From IMG/VR virus record IMGVR_UViG_3300032038_000001, positions 32,001-96,000 of that record: a stretch of 64,000 nucleotides of DNA. One strand, given 5' to 3'. The position numbers were made by a program, and so were the translations under genes. This document shows positions 30,532-40,761 of the stretch, piece by piece. This DNA comes from a virus (taxonomy: Duplodnaviria; Caudoviricetes). Below the pieces are notes generated by a model. The model was not told the origin of the DNA and made no database searches. It saw only the letters and a list, made by a program, of their open reading frames with translations. Positions within the stretch are counted from its first letter, which is position 1. Every line of letters starts with the position of its first letter.

Positions 30532-30936
30532 GTGATTATTATGATTACTAGGTTAAGTACTGATGTTAATATTGATTCTAATATGATAGGTATTGTCATG
30601 AGTGATATTCCAGTATCAAATATAAATCAAGGTATACCATTATATATACCTCTTTTTATGTGTAATATAGAAAATAGCAACCCATCTATATCTATTGCAA
30701 AAACATACGGGAATAGTATTTTTAAAAATGCACAATCATGTAAACCTCATATTTCTACAATATTGAAACAACAGAATTATTTGACTGCCAAACTTAATTT
30801 AAATAGTGATATTAACCATATTATTTCAATTGATGAAAAGGGTAATCGATATATTAAAAAAGGTACTAAAGTACAGTCTGAATTTATTCATTCTAAAATA
30901 TCCGATTTAAGATTTAATACAAATATAAATTTTTGA
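30532..30936 (+). CDS. late hypothetical protein (baseplate-associated?)
   Basis: AACA-N6-TA at 30515-30526; GAGGTG RBS, ATG probably 30541. Confidence 0.55.
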   Translation: MIIMITRLSTDVNIDSNMIGIVMSDIPVSNINQGIPLYIPLFMCNIENSNPSISIAKTYGNSIFKNAQSCKPHISTILKQQNYLTAKLNLNSDINHIISIDEKGNRYIKKGTKVQSEFIHSKISDLRFNTNINF

Positions 30937-30957
30937 AATAAGGAGGATTAATCATCT

Positions 30958-31353
30958 ATGTCTATACCTGTTACTATAACCGAGCAGATTAATAATGCTG
31001 AAAAATGGGAGATATCTTACAGAACACTACACCCCTCTGCAATACTAAAAGATGAATTTAGCTCTAGGAACATAGAAATTCCGTTTTCATCATTAACTAA
31101 TAAATACAGACATTTTTTAAGCAAAATCGTCAGAACTACAACATTGGATGATAAATTACAGGCTAGATATAAACAGAGACCAAAATTAGTTTCATACGAT
31201 TTATATGGAACTACAGAATTATGGAATGATATACTTATATTAAATAATTGCTTTTCTACTATTGAATTTAATCCAGTTGTTATAAAAGCATATAACCCTG
31301 ATAAATTGAAAGAATATATCAACGAGATTTTGATTCTGGAAAAATTGATATAA
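30958..31353 (+). CDS. baseplate wedge protein (T4 gp53/LysM-like)
   Basis: RPKLVSYDLYGTTELWNDILILNN signature. Confidence 0.7.
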   Translation: MSIPVTITEQINNAEKWEISYRTLHPSAILKDEFSSRNIEIPFSSLTNKYRHFLSKIVRTTTLDDKLQARYKQRPKLVSYDLYGTTELWNDILILNNCFSTIEFNPVVIKAYNPDKLKEYINEILILEKLI

Positions 31354-31373
31354 ATTAAATTTTATTTTTCTAT

Positions 31374-31580
31374 AACATTCTATTAAGGGGGAACCCCTAC
31401 CGGCTGGGGGAGCGAAAAGCGAGCCCACAAATGGGGGATAAAAAAATAAAAAAAAGAGAAGAAAAATAAAAAAAGAGAAAGATAAAAGAAAATAAATAGA
31501 ATAAGAAAGAGAAGGAAAACCCTGAATAACTTAAAAAATATGAAGATAGAAGGAGATTCGTACTCCTTCTATCTTTTTTA
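31374..31580 (+). other. candidate transcription-primed replication origin
   Basis: Promoter, three G5 runs, about 80-nt near-pure purine tract, terminator; near the strand-bias switch. Confidence 0.45.
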
Positions 31581-31680
31581 TCCAGTTTTTCTTAATAATA
31601 AATATATATATACGTTTTGGTTTTTATGTTTATTTTGACAATATGATATACAAAATAATTTATTTATGAGGTGATATTCA

Positions 31681-32871
31681 ATGGGTATTGATTTAAATAA
31701 TCAACAAATTGATTGTACTTATAAAATGGAACAATGGTGGAAGAATGGCACTAAACAGAGATTTGAAATAACCTCAAAAGCTGGTTGTGGTAAAACAACA
31801 GTAGCTAAGTATTTAATAGATAGAATAGGGTTAAAACAAGATGAAGTATTAGCTATGGCATTTATGGGTAAAGCTGCTTTACAATTATCAAAACAAGGAT
31901 TAAAAGCTAGAACTATTCATTCTGCTATTTATGACTATGAAAAAGTTTTAGCCAGAGATGAAAATAAAAAAATTATATTTAATTCAAATGGTAAACCAAA
32001 AATGATATCAAAATTCTTTTTAAAAGACCATCTACCTAAAAAGGTAAAACTCATTTTAATAGACGAAGGTTCTATGGTAGATGAAAAAATAGCTAAGGAT
32101 ATTGAAAGTTTTGGTTTACCAATTATTGTTTTAGGTGACTTAAATCAGTTACCACCTGTGTACGGTAATCCATATTTTTTACAAAATCCTGATTATGAAT
32201 TAACACAAATAATGAGACAAGCAGAAGATGACCCCATAGTAAGACTTGCTGATGATATTTTGAACGGTAAAGAACTACATCCTGGTATATATGGAAATTC
32301 AGCAGTAATAAACAGAAGCGATATTAATATTAATTATTTTACTAAATCTGATATAATTCTTTGTGGTACTAATAAAACAAGATTTAATATTAATAATTTT
32401 TGTCGTTCTGATATAAAAAAAATAATCAAATTGGAATACCCTCACATTGGTGAAAAAGTTATTTGCAGAAAGAATAATTGGGATAAATGTATTGATGACA
32501 CATTATATATGACCAATGGTACAACAGGGTATGTTGAGAATATATATAGGGATAGTTTTAATGGTAAAACTATGTGTATGGATTTCCGTCCAGACTTTTC
32601 TAAAAAGTGTTTTAAAAATGTTACATTTAGCTATAAGCATATGTATGAAATTCCAGGAACACAAAATGATGAAGACTCATTTATTGATAAATTTAATGAT
32701 AAAATGGAGTACGCATATGCTATTACTGTTCATAGCTCCCAAGGTAGTCAATGGGATAAAGTTTTATATTTTATGGAAAATATGATGAGAACAGAACTTG
32801 ATAGAAGACGACTAAATTATACAGCTATAACAAGAGCTGCTAAACAGATAGTAATTGTGTTGAACAGGTAA
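31681..32871 (+). CDS. Dda/RecD-like SF1B helicase
   Basis: AGCGKTT, TIHS, DEGSM, GDLNQLPPV, RQ, YAITVHSSQGS, YTAITRA. Confidence 0.92.
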   Translation: MGIDLNNQQIDCTYKMEQWWKNGTKQRFEITSKAGCGKTTVAKYLIDRIGLKQDEVLAMAFMGKAALQLSKQGLKARTIHSAIYDYEKVLARDENKKIIFNSNGKPKMISKFFLKDHLPKKVKLILIDEGSMVDEKIAKDIESFGLPIIVLGDLNQLPPVYGNPYFLQNPDYELTQIMRQAEDDPIVRLADDILNGKELHPGIYGNSAVINRSDININYFTKSDIILCGTNKTRFNINNFCRSDIKKIIKLEYPHIGEKVICRKNNWDKCIDDTLYMTNGTTGYVENIYRDSFNGKTMCMDFRPDFSKKCFKNVTFSYKHMYEIPGTQNDEDSFIDKFNDKMEYAYAITVHSSQGSQWDKVLYFMENMMRTELDRRRLNYTAITRAAKQIVIVLNR

Positions 32872-32898
32872 ATATTTATATATTATTTTTGTAAAGGA

Positions 32899-33240
32899 GT
32901 GATAAATATGGCATCATCAAGGAATGTCTACCAGCAGAAAACAGTTGTTTCAGTACCTAAACAAGAACTGATGGAAAATGTAGTTCTTAATACAAATTTA
33001 GGTAAGAAAGAACTAAGAATCGTCTTGTTTCTTCTTACGGAACTAGATGGTTGGTCAGAACCAATAAACGGTGGTTCTGACCCAAAAAACTTTAAAGTCA
33101 TAGATTTCAAGAGGATTGCAAAAACTCTTGATATGGACACAAAAGATGTTAAAAAATCTATAAAGAGTCTGGTACGTGAATGGATTATCGAACAAGGTAA
33201 CAGTAATTCTGGTACTGATGGTTATAGATTTAGATTTTAA
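32899..33240 (+). CDS. winged HTH DNA-binding protein
   Basis: IAKTLDMDTKDVKKSIKSLV...I pattern; TATATTAT at 32879-32886. Confidence 0.6.
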   Translation: MINMASSRNVYQQKTVVSVPKQELMENVVLNTNLGKKELRIVLFLLTELDGWSEPINGGSDPKNFKVIDFKRIAKTLDMDTKDVKKSIKSLVREWIIEQGNSNSGTDGYRFRF

Positions 33241-33248
33241 AAAAAGGA

Positions 33249-33701
33249 GTGATTAAAAAAATGAATGAGCCGCCATCTAAAAAAATTATGCTTTTTGGTT
33301 CAAGAAGTATAAACTTCTTAACAGACGAAGTAAAAGCAATTTTATTCGCACATATGTATCGTGGAGATCACATATTAATAGGTGACTGTATTGGTGCTGA
33401 TTACAGTGTTCAAAAGTTTTTGTTTGAACGTAATTACCCTTTCGTCACGGTATATACCAGCGGTCATATGCCTAGACATATAGCTAACGAGCATTGGTCT
33501 GTGAAGGCTGCCAAAGTCAAGCTTGAGGATTATGAGTCCGAGAGCGAATACTACAAAGTAAAAGATATGTTAATGGTATCAGATTGCGATGAAGCAATTG
33601 CAATATGGAACGGGGAATCCCGCGCTAGTAAAAATAATATAGATACATTAATTGCTTTGAATAAAAGTAACATTGTATTTATATATCCACAGTTGGTTTA
33701 A
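33249..33701 (+). CDS. SLOG (YspA/DprA-like) protein
   Basis: GSRS, GDCIGAD, KD..M...CD..IAIWNGESR. Confidence 0.7.
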   Translation: MIKKMNEPPSKKIMLFGSRSINFLTDEVKAILFAHMYRGDHILIGDCIGADYSVQKFLFERNYPFVTVYTSGHMPRHIANEHWSVKAAKVKLEDYESESEYYKVKDMLMVSDCDEAIAIWNGESRASKNNIDTLIALNKSNIVFIYPQLV

Positions 33702-33726
33702 TAATTAAACAGAAAGGAAAATAGAT

Positions 33727-34139
33727 ATGTATAAAACTTTTAATTTTAAAAATGAAACAGAAGAGAAGAAGCTCTCGTTCATGTTGTAGATAATACAGTA
33801 CGAACTGTATTTTATGATAAAAACAATAAACCATATAATGTGGGAATAATCATCCCTCATGAAGAGTTTTTTAATGCAGAGATGACTTTTGCTTATGAAC
33901 AGCAGCCTGAACTGGACTTTATTATCGGGCTTGGTCCGAGAAAAAGAACAATCTCATTGAGGACTTCTAAACCCGATGTGAATGTTGGGATTATAGCAAA
34001 AGAAACATTTGGTGGGGGTGGTCATGCTGCTGCTGCAGGTGGACGGCCTGGTCATCCGTTATTCGTTAAACTAATAACTGAATATTATGACGGAATGGAT
34101 GGTAAAGTCATTCCTCCAATATATTCATCAGTTGAGTAA
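33727..34139 (+). pseudogene. stand-alone DHHA1-domain protein, frameshifted near 33765
   Basis: SLRT...VG.IAK..FGGGGHAAAAG; RBS-linked ATG at 33727 is in a different frame from 33840-34139. Confidence 0.65.
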
Positions 34140-34145
34140 AAAAAA

Positions 34146-34691
34146 ATGAAAATATATTTGTTTTATAAAATAGGAGACGATGTAGGCATATATAACAAAC
34201 CAGTTATATATGCCTACACATCTCATAAAGAACTAGCCAAAAAATTTTGCCAAATGAGAAATATGGATTTATTCCTTGAAAAAATTGAGAATATATCCAA
34301 AAATGAGTATAACGCCTATACTCAAAGTTTACACAGTCGTGGTAAAGAACTGATAGAAACAACTCTTATTACTAACGGTGATTCTTATAATGATATAAGA
34401 AGAATTCCGATGGTTATCACACAACACGAAGAAGAGGTTGTTTGTTTAAGAACAGATGATGTGTATGCTGAGATAGGTAAACATACTAATTTTTGGTCAG
34501 GGTATTTTAATGATGAATTAAAGGATGCCCTCGATAAATTATACTATTTCGATTTAATGGCATTTTCATCTTCAATGGAACTATCGCTTGTTTCATTTTA
34601 TGATGAAAACAAACCGTTAAAACCATGTATCGAAATTGATCAATTGCAATATTTCATTTTTCATTTCGGTAATACAATGAAAGTTAAGTAA
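34146..34691 (+). CDS. hypothetical protein (paralog of 11235-11750)
   Basis: Shared N-terminal pattern. Confidence 0.65.
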   Translation: MKIYLFYKIGDDVGIYNKPVIYAYTSHKELAKKFCQMRNMDLFLEKIENISKNEYNAYTQSLHSRGKELIETTLITNGDSYNDIRRIPMVITQHEEEVVCLRTDDVYAEIGKHTNFWSGYFNDELKDALDKLYYFDLMAFSSSMELSLVSFYDENKPLKPCIEIDQLQYFIFHFGNTMKVK

Positions 34692-34754
34692 TTTTAATTT
34701 GAGGGGTGATTATAGATTTTCACCCCTCTTTTTTATTGAAAGGATGATAAATAA

Positions 34755-35246
34755 ATGGGAAATATATTATCTAAAATTAATTCATCGGATGTAATTAACC
34801 CCTTTTCAAAAAATAATGAAAAAAATGCAGCAAAAGTTATAAATAGTGATCCAATTGCACAATCTAATATTATTAATGAAACTGGAACAGCAAGTAAACT
34901 ATTAAAGACTGTTGCGGATGGTCAGGTAATTAAATCGGCAATAAATGCTGGGCTATCTAATCCAGATATTCCTGTTGTAAAGGAATATGGAATACATGAA
35001 AATAGTGAATGTAAAGAAGATGATGCTATATTTATAGATTCACGAGATGACAACAATTTATATCATATAATTGCTGATAATAGTGCAGAAATATGGAAAT
35101 ACGATCCTCTTAAAACACATGGAAATATACGTGATGATGATGAATTCGTGAAATGCTGCGTAGAATATCTAAAAGAATTGAATACAGATGAACAGGAACG
35201 TATACTACGTAGAATACAACAAGAATTAGATAGAGATAACAAATGA
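34755..35246 (+). CDS. hypothetical protein
   Basis: GAAAGGA RBS, 163 aa. Confidence 0.65.
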   Translation: MGNILSKINSSDVINPFSKNNEKNAAKVINSDPIAQSNIINETGTASKLLKTVADGQVIKSAINAGLSNPDIPVVKEYGIHENSECKEDDAIFIDSRDDNNLYHIIADNSAEIWKYDPLKTHGNIRDDDEFVKCCVEYLKELNTDEQERILRRIQQELDRDNK

Positions 35247-35288
35247 TAATATCTATATCAATATACGTATATTAAAAAGATAAATATA

Positions 35289-35432
35289 TATATTATTTTT
35301 AATGTAATATATAGGTGAGTAAAAACATCTATATGTTATAAAGAAAACATATACGGTTCTTTACCACATGTCAAGTGGATTTCATTACCCGTAGTCAAAA
35401 GAAATGAAAAAAGTACATAGGAGGTACTTAAA
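35289..35432 (+). promoter_or_regulatory. early-type promoter and structured leader
   Basis: TATATTAT at 35289-35296; hairpin plus TTTCATT-AC-loop-GT-CAAAAGA-AATGAAA stem before AGGAGG. Confidence 0.55.
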
Positions 35433-36368
35433 ATGGAAGTAAAAGTAACAAAAATAGTAAGAGGGTCAATTTTCACAGTCGATGACCACAACCCGACCGG
35501 CGATATCCCATCACACAATTATATCGTCATAAACATGGGTGCTGACAGCATACCATGTGCTAAAGTAATGTGTATGGGGATAACCTCATGCCGGAACGCA
35601 TCACCGACAAATATTTTTCATGACATGATGCCTATAGTCATGAGTAATGGCTATAAATGTTATGTCGATACAACGAAAGTTTACTTCTTTAGACCCCAGG
35701 AGGTAAACTTAAATAGATTTAAGGGCAGTATTGATCTATTGATAGTAGAAAAGCTGTTAAAAGTTTTTCTAATACGGGTGGGTCTACTGCCTTTAGAGGA
35801 GTATTCAGTATTAAAGAAGGAACTGGGGTTGATAGATATATCGACCCCACAGAAGAACAAGTCTCCTCTAACTTCTGTAGATGAGGAAGACACGGTTTCT
35901 GTAACTTCTTCCTCATCTACAGAATCTTCTAAGATTTCTTCATCTGATAAAGATGAAAAGAAAGTCAAAGAAGAAAGTAAAAAGGATGAAATAGCAACAC
36001 CATGGTACCCACGGTTGATAGCTGAGTATACAGACGAGCAGCTCGAAAGAGCTCTTGTCATACTGAAATCTGGCGACGCCGAATGGTGTGCCAGAGAGAT
36101 GCGTTGCAACAGTCACAGCGCAGTAAAACATAAATTAAAGAGGATTACTGAGGAGATTAATCTAAGAACTCCTCAAAAATTCTCTGAAAAATTCCAGAAA
36201 TTCGGCTCAAAACCGGAATTCTGGGAAAAAAGTGACTTAGAGCGCTTCTCTAAGCTCTTTACAAGTGACAGAGAACAACTCGAAGTCGAAAGTGGTCAAA
36301 AGACCACACAGTTGTTCAAAATATTTGATACAGTCAAAAAGGAATTGAAAAGGAGGGGAATAAGATAA
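35433..36368 (+). CDS. MazF/PemK-like domain fused to two helical repeats
   Basis: RGSIFTV...HNYIVIN...VMCMGITS...YVDTTKV...FKGSI...VGL follows PemK order. Confidence 0.5.
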   Translation: MEVKVTKIVRGSIFTVDDHNPTGDIPSHNYIVINMGADSIPCAKVMCMGITSCRNASPTNIFHDMMPIVMSNGYKCYVDTTKVYFFRPQEVNLNRFKGSIDLLIVEKLLKVFLIRVGLLPLEEYSVLKKELGLIDISTPQKNKSPLTSVDEEDTVSVTSSSSTESSKISSSDKDEKKVKEESKKDEIATPWYPRLIAEYTDEQLERALVILKSGDAEWCAREMRCNSHSAVKHKLKRITEEINLRTPQKFSEKFQKFGSKPEFWEKSDLERFSKLFTSDREQLEVESGQKTTQLFKIFDTVKKELKRRGIR

Positions 36369-36510
36369 TATAAAAATAAAAGATGGATGATTTATAAATC
36401 ATCCATCTTTTATTTTTTTATATTTTTTACCACACATCAATAAAATGTTGATTTGGTTATATATTATTTTTTTGCATAAATTGATTAAACATGAAAGGAA
36501 GATAAAAATT

Positions 36511-39500
36511 ATGCCAGAAGTACAAAAGTATTCATTAACAGACGAATTACAGAAAGCAAACGAAAAGTATCAGGGATCTGCGGCATTACTTGGTATGTCG
36601 GTTTTAACAACTCCCGGATATATAAATTCGATGCGTTCAGTAATGTTTACTGCTCACCTTAAGCAGTTCTTGAATCTTCAGAATCCTGAGTTTCCTTTTG
36701 TTTTCACCAATGCTGAAAATGTTGTAGGAAGACATAGTTCTGGATATAAGAAAGCAAAAAATAAGTTGAAAGTGTACAGAAAGGTAGCCAAATACGATGA
36801 GATATTGGATACACCCAATATCTATAAGCTGTTTGTATTCGATACTGAAAAGAAGTGTTATGATGTTATTACACGTAAATCTGTTGAAGATTTAACAGAA
36901 CATTTCGGTTTTGAATACAACAACGATGTTATTGACTCGTTTGACGAGGGTGATACAATTAATAAAGGCACAGTACTTTATAAGTCAACATCGTATGATG
37001 AAGACATGAACTATGCATATGGTAAGAATGTTACTATGATGTATACTCTTGACCCTTACACATCAGAAGATGCTGCTGTTGTAAGTAGAAGTCTTGCTGA
37101 ATCAATGACATCTATTGAAACAGAAGTAATCAGTATCGGTCTTAATGATAATGATTACTTTGTTAATTTACAAGGAGAAAAATATTCTCTTATTCCCGGA
37201 AAGAAAGGAAAGTATAAACCTCTTCCTGATATAGGAGAAGTTGTTAGTGGTCATCTTGCCGCAATAAGACGTCAGTTTAATAATCAGCTGTTATTCGATT
37301 TTAATGCTGACAGTCTTAATCAGATTCATGAGGGTGACCTTGTTTATTATATTGGTAATGGTAATGAAGTAATTGACTATACAATATATAATAACAATGA
37401 GAATATTGTTGATAATGCTTTTACAGAGCAGATTAATAAATATCTCAACGGACAGAATAAGTATTATCAGGAAATTCTTGAAGCATGTGAAGAGATAATA
37501 AAATCGGGATTTGAATATAGTCGTGAAATAGATTATCTCTATAAACGTGCAAAAGATATGCTTGATAGTAAGAAAAAGTGGCGAGAAGGCGAGAATGCGT
37601 TTTCTAACATGGTAATCGAAATACAAGTTAAGAAAGTTGTTCCTCTTGCTAAAGGGCAGAAAATAACCGGTCGTTATGGAAACAAATCAGTTATTTCGGA
37701 AATACGAGAAGATGAAGATATGCCGTTTACTGAAGATGGTAGACGAGTTGATTTACTTCTCAATTTGTTAGCGTTGATAAATCGTACAACATCATTTCCA
37801 ATGTACGAAATCATATCAACATCTATTGCATACAAGGTACGTAATAGAATGAAGGAGTTAACCACTTATAATGAAAAAGAAGAACTTCTTTTTGATTTCA
37901 TCAAACAGTACAATGAAGTTGAATATGAAAGGATGTGGAAACTTTATTGTGATATGAGTGCTGATGAAAAGAAAGATTTTATAGATGATGCTATAGAAAC
38001 TGGAATTTATCTTCATCAGCCACCTCTGTGGGAAACAAAACCTATTTTCCATAGAATACAAGGTATACTTCAAAAGTATGATTGGCTTAAACCAGATAAT
38101 GTCTATATCAATAAATGGGGTCGTAAGATGAAGATTCTTAATAATTATTGGATAGGCGATATGTATGTTCTTAAACTCAAGCAGACTGATAGAAAAGGAT
38201 TTATAGTACGAAGCACTGGTGCAATAGATACCAAAGGTCTTCCTACTAAAAGTTATAAGTCAAGATCACACCTTGAGCAGTATTCCGGTAACGCGATCCG
38301 CTTTAACTACACCAGAGCGGAAATACTAGTAATAGTATTTAGTAAAACTCTTTTAATTGCTGGGAAATCTCTCTGAGACAATCAGCAGCGAAGTTAAAAT
38401 ACTCTAAAAACTCTTTTATTATTTAAATAATATAACAGAATTATAAAAATATAATAATGGAGTTGATTATATATGACGGATATTAATTTAGATGAAAATC
38501 GAAATTATAATGAAGAGATATGGCACAAAATAATATATGATGATTTAAAAGGGAACTATTCAGTTAGTAATATGGGTAGAGTTAGAAATGACACTACTGA
38601 AAAGGTTTTAAAACCATGGGTTACTAATAAAGGATATTTAGCTATATACTTACCAGCAAAGAAAAACACTGGAAAAAAAGTATGTAGATTTACTATTCAT
38701 TGGTTGGTCTTAGCTATGTTTACTGATGAACATGAAAAAATATACGATTCTAGATGGATAGTAAATCATAAAGATGGTATTAAACACCATAGCTATTTAT
38801 CAAATTTAGAATGGGTCACTTATAGTGGAAATTATAATCATGCAATTGAAAACGGACTATGTAATAATTATGGAGATGAAACAAAAAATTCATCACATAC
38901 TTCAGAAGAAGTAAGAAAAATTGCAGAATTATTAGTTCTTGATAAATCATACCAAGAAATTATTGAAATTATGGGATATGAAAATAATTTTAATACACGA
39001 AATTTTCTCAGTAGTATTGGAACAAGAACTAAGTGGAAGAATATAACAAAAGATTATAATTTTAAAACACATACGAAATCAACTATATATAAATATTCCG
39101 AAAAAACTATTCATAAAATATGCAAATGTATAGAAGACGGTTATAGGAATTATGAAATAATTAATGAGCTTCATATAACAGATAAAAAAGAAGCTAAAAA
39201 ATATTTATCTCTCATTTATAGAATTAAAAAGCATACAGCTTTTAAAGAAATATCTAAAAAATATAATATGTGAGTATTTTAAAACGTTCAACGACTATCG
39301 AAAGGGTAGTTATAAGAGAAATCTTATAATGAGTAACTGAGTAGAGTAGTGCCTTTATAGGTTAGTATTATAGTGAGATTAGCTGTAAGTAAATCTATTA
39401 AAACGAAACGGAGAGCTCCTGTATTATGGTAACAATAATATGGGATGATGATATAGTCTAATCTTTATAGCGATATAAAGTAGTAGTAAAAAATGTGGTG

Positions 39501-39952
39501 AATTTGAGACTCTTAACTTCACAATAGGAATACTTCCTGATGATATAGCGTTATTCAATGCTATGTATAGAACATCAATTAAGGGAAGAAAAGACCTTGT
39601 GAAGTTACTATTCCAGCCATCTGATGGAGATTCTATACAGAAAATTGATTCATCATATACATCTCGTGTTGCTGAGATATTTAATGTATATCTTAAGTCT
39701 CTCTCTATTGATTTAGAGTTTGTAGATGAAGATAATGTTATTTATTCATATGATGATACAACTCTGACTAATCATGAACTTAATGGAGTTGAGTATTTTT
39801 GTACAGATTATCAGTTCCTTCTTATTAAAAGAAGAGCTGAAATACGTGAAGAAATTCTTTCAGAGAATGCCATGTTGGCTGAAGAAGAATTGGAAAGAAT
39901 GATTGACGAGGAACTTAAGAGACGGAACTATCTTACTGGTTCTGTAGATTAA
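36511..39952 (+). CDS. multisubunit RNA polymerase beta C-terminal subunit (exons 36511-38303 and 39496-39952, 749 aa spliced)
   Basis: SEDA, GQKITGRYGNKSVIS, NR, YVLKLKQ; splicing restores IRF-GEFE (RFGEME equivalent) with 2250 nt in frame. Confidence 0.92.
38304..39495 (+). mobile_element. group I intron (IA-like) in RNAP beta-C gene
   Basis: P1 CCGCTTT/AGAGCGG with U.G at 38303, P10 CACCA/TGGTG, AATTGCTGGGAA, AATCAGCAG, TTCAACGACTA, GATATAGTCT, terminal G39495. Confidence 0.92.
38473..39273 (+). CDS. intron-encoded NUMOD4-HNH homing endonuclease
   Basis: EIW...YSVSNMGRVRN (NUMOD4), HWLV..F, VNHKDG.K.....NLEWVT...N..HA; own AACA-N6-TA at 38434-38445. Confidence 0.9.
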   Translation: MTDINLDENRNYNEEIWHKIIYDDLKGNYSVSNMGRVRNDTTEKVLKPWVTNKGYLAIYLPAKKNTGKKVCRFTIHWLVLAMFTDEHEKIYDSRWIVNHKDGIKHHSYLSNLEWVTYSGNYNHAIENGLCNNYGDETKNSSHTSEEVRKIAELLVLDKSYQEIIEIMGYENNFNTRNFLSSIGTRTKWKNITKDYNFKTHTKSTIYKYSEKTIHKICKCIEDGYRNYEIINELHITDKKEAKKYLSLIYRIKKHTAFKEISKKYNM

Positions 39953-40028
39953 AATAATAATACACATGAGTGATAAATTAAAAAATCACTCATGTGTATT
40001 TTATTAATATTTACTTGGAGGTAAAAAA

Positions 40029-40685
40029 ATGACTAATAGTGAATTATATACAAAAATAAAAGAAAAAACTAATACTCCTTTACTGTTTGCCGAGATGGAA
40101 ATGTTGAGTAATGTTATAAGACGTGAGAGTGTGGACACTCTCATAAAAATCTTTAAAAATTCCCCATATTATTTTGATAGTATTGAAAGTCTATGCGATA
40201 TAATAATTTTCAAAAAAGAATGGACTGAATTATACGAAAAGATATTAAACTTAAAAAAAATTGATGATAATTCAGACGATATAAACAGACTGACTAATGA
40301 GTTGTATGACTTAGAGAAAAAATATACTCCTTTACACTCAGCATTAATATCGGCTATAAGTAATGTTAACGAATATGTAGATAAGATTGACGAAAATCTT
40401 TTATCTAGTATATTATATTCCATTTGCTTTGAATATGCTATTTCGGGTAATTATACACATTTTCTTTCCTGTAATATTCATCACTACAAGGATAATACGT
40501 ATATCAGTACTAGATTTAAATGTAATCTTGTAAATGAATTTGATCATTTACACATGATTAAACTTATTAAAAAAGTAAATAAATTTTTAGGTAATGAATA
40601 TGAATTTGATAATAAGTATATTAAATATACTATTATTGACGGTTATTTTAGATTAACAATAAGAATACCGGATTCAGTCGGTTAA
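40029..40685 (+). CDS. hypothetical protein
   Basis: GGAGG RBS, 218 aa. Confidence 0.65.
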   Translation: MTNSELYTKIKEKTNTPLLFAEMEMLSNVIRRESVDTLIKIFKNSPYYFDSIESLCDIIIFKKEWTELYEKILNLKKIDDNSDDINRLTNELYDLEKKYTPLHSALISAISNVNEYVDKIDENLLSSILYSICFEYAISGNYTHFLSCNIHHYKDNTYISTRFKCNLVNEFDHLHMIKLIKKVNKFLGNEYEFDNKYIKYTIIDGYFRLTIRIPDSVG

Positions 40686-40761
40686 GAGAGTTTTCCTTTT
40701 CAAATATAGGGAACATAGAAAAGAAGAGAGTGATGATATATCATCACTCTCTTCTTTTTTT

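Noticed and set aside
39563-39952. Independent 129-aa gene
   Set aside because: It is the 3' exon of the intron-split RNAP beta-C gene
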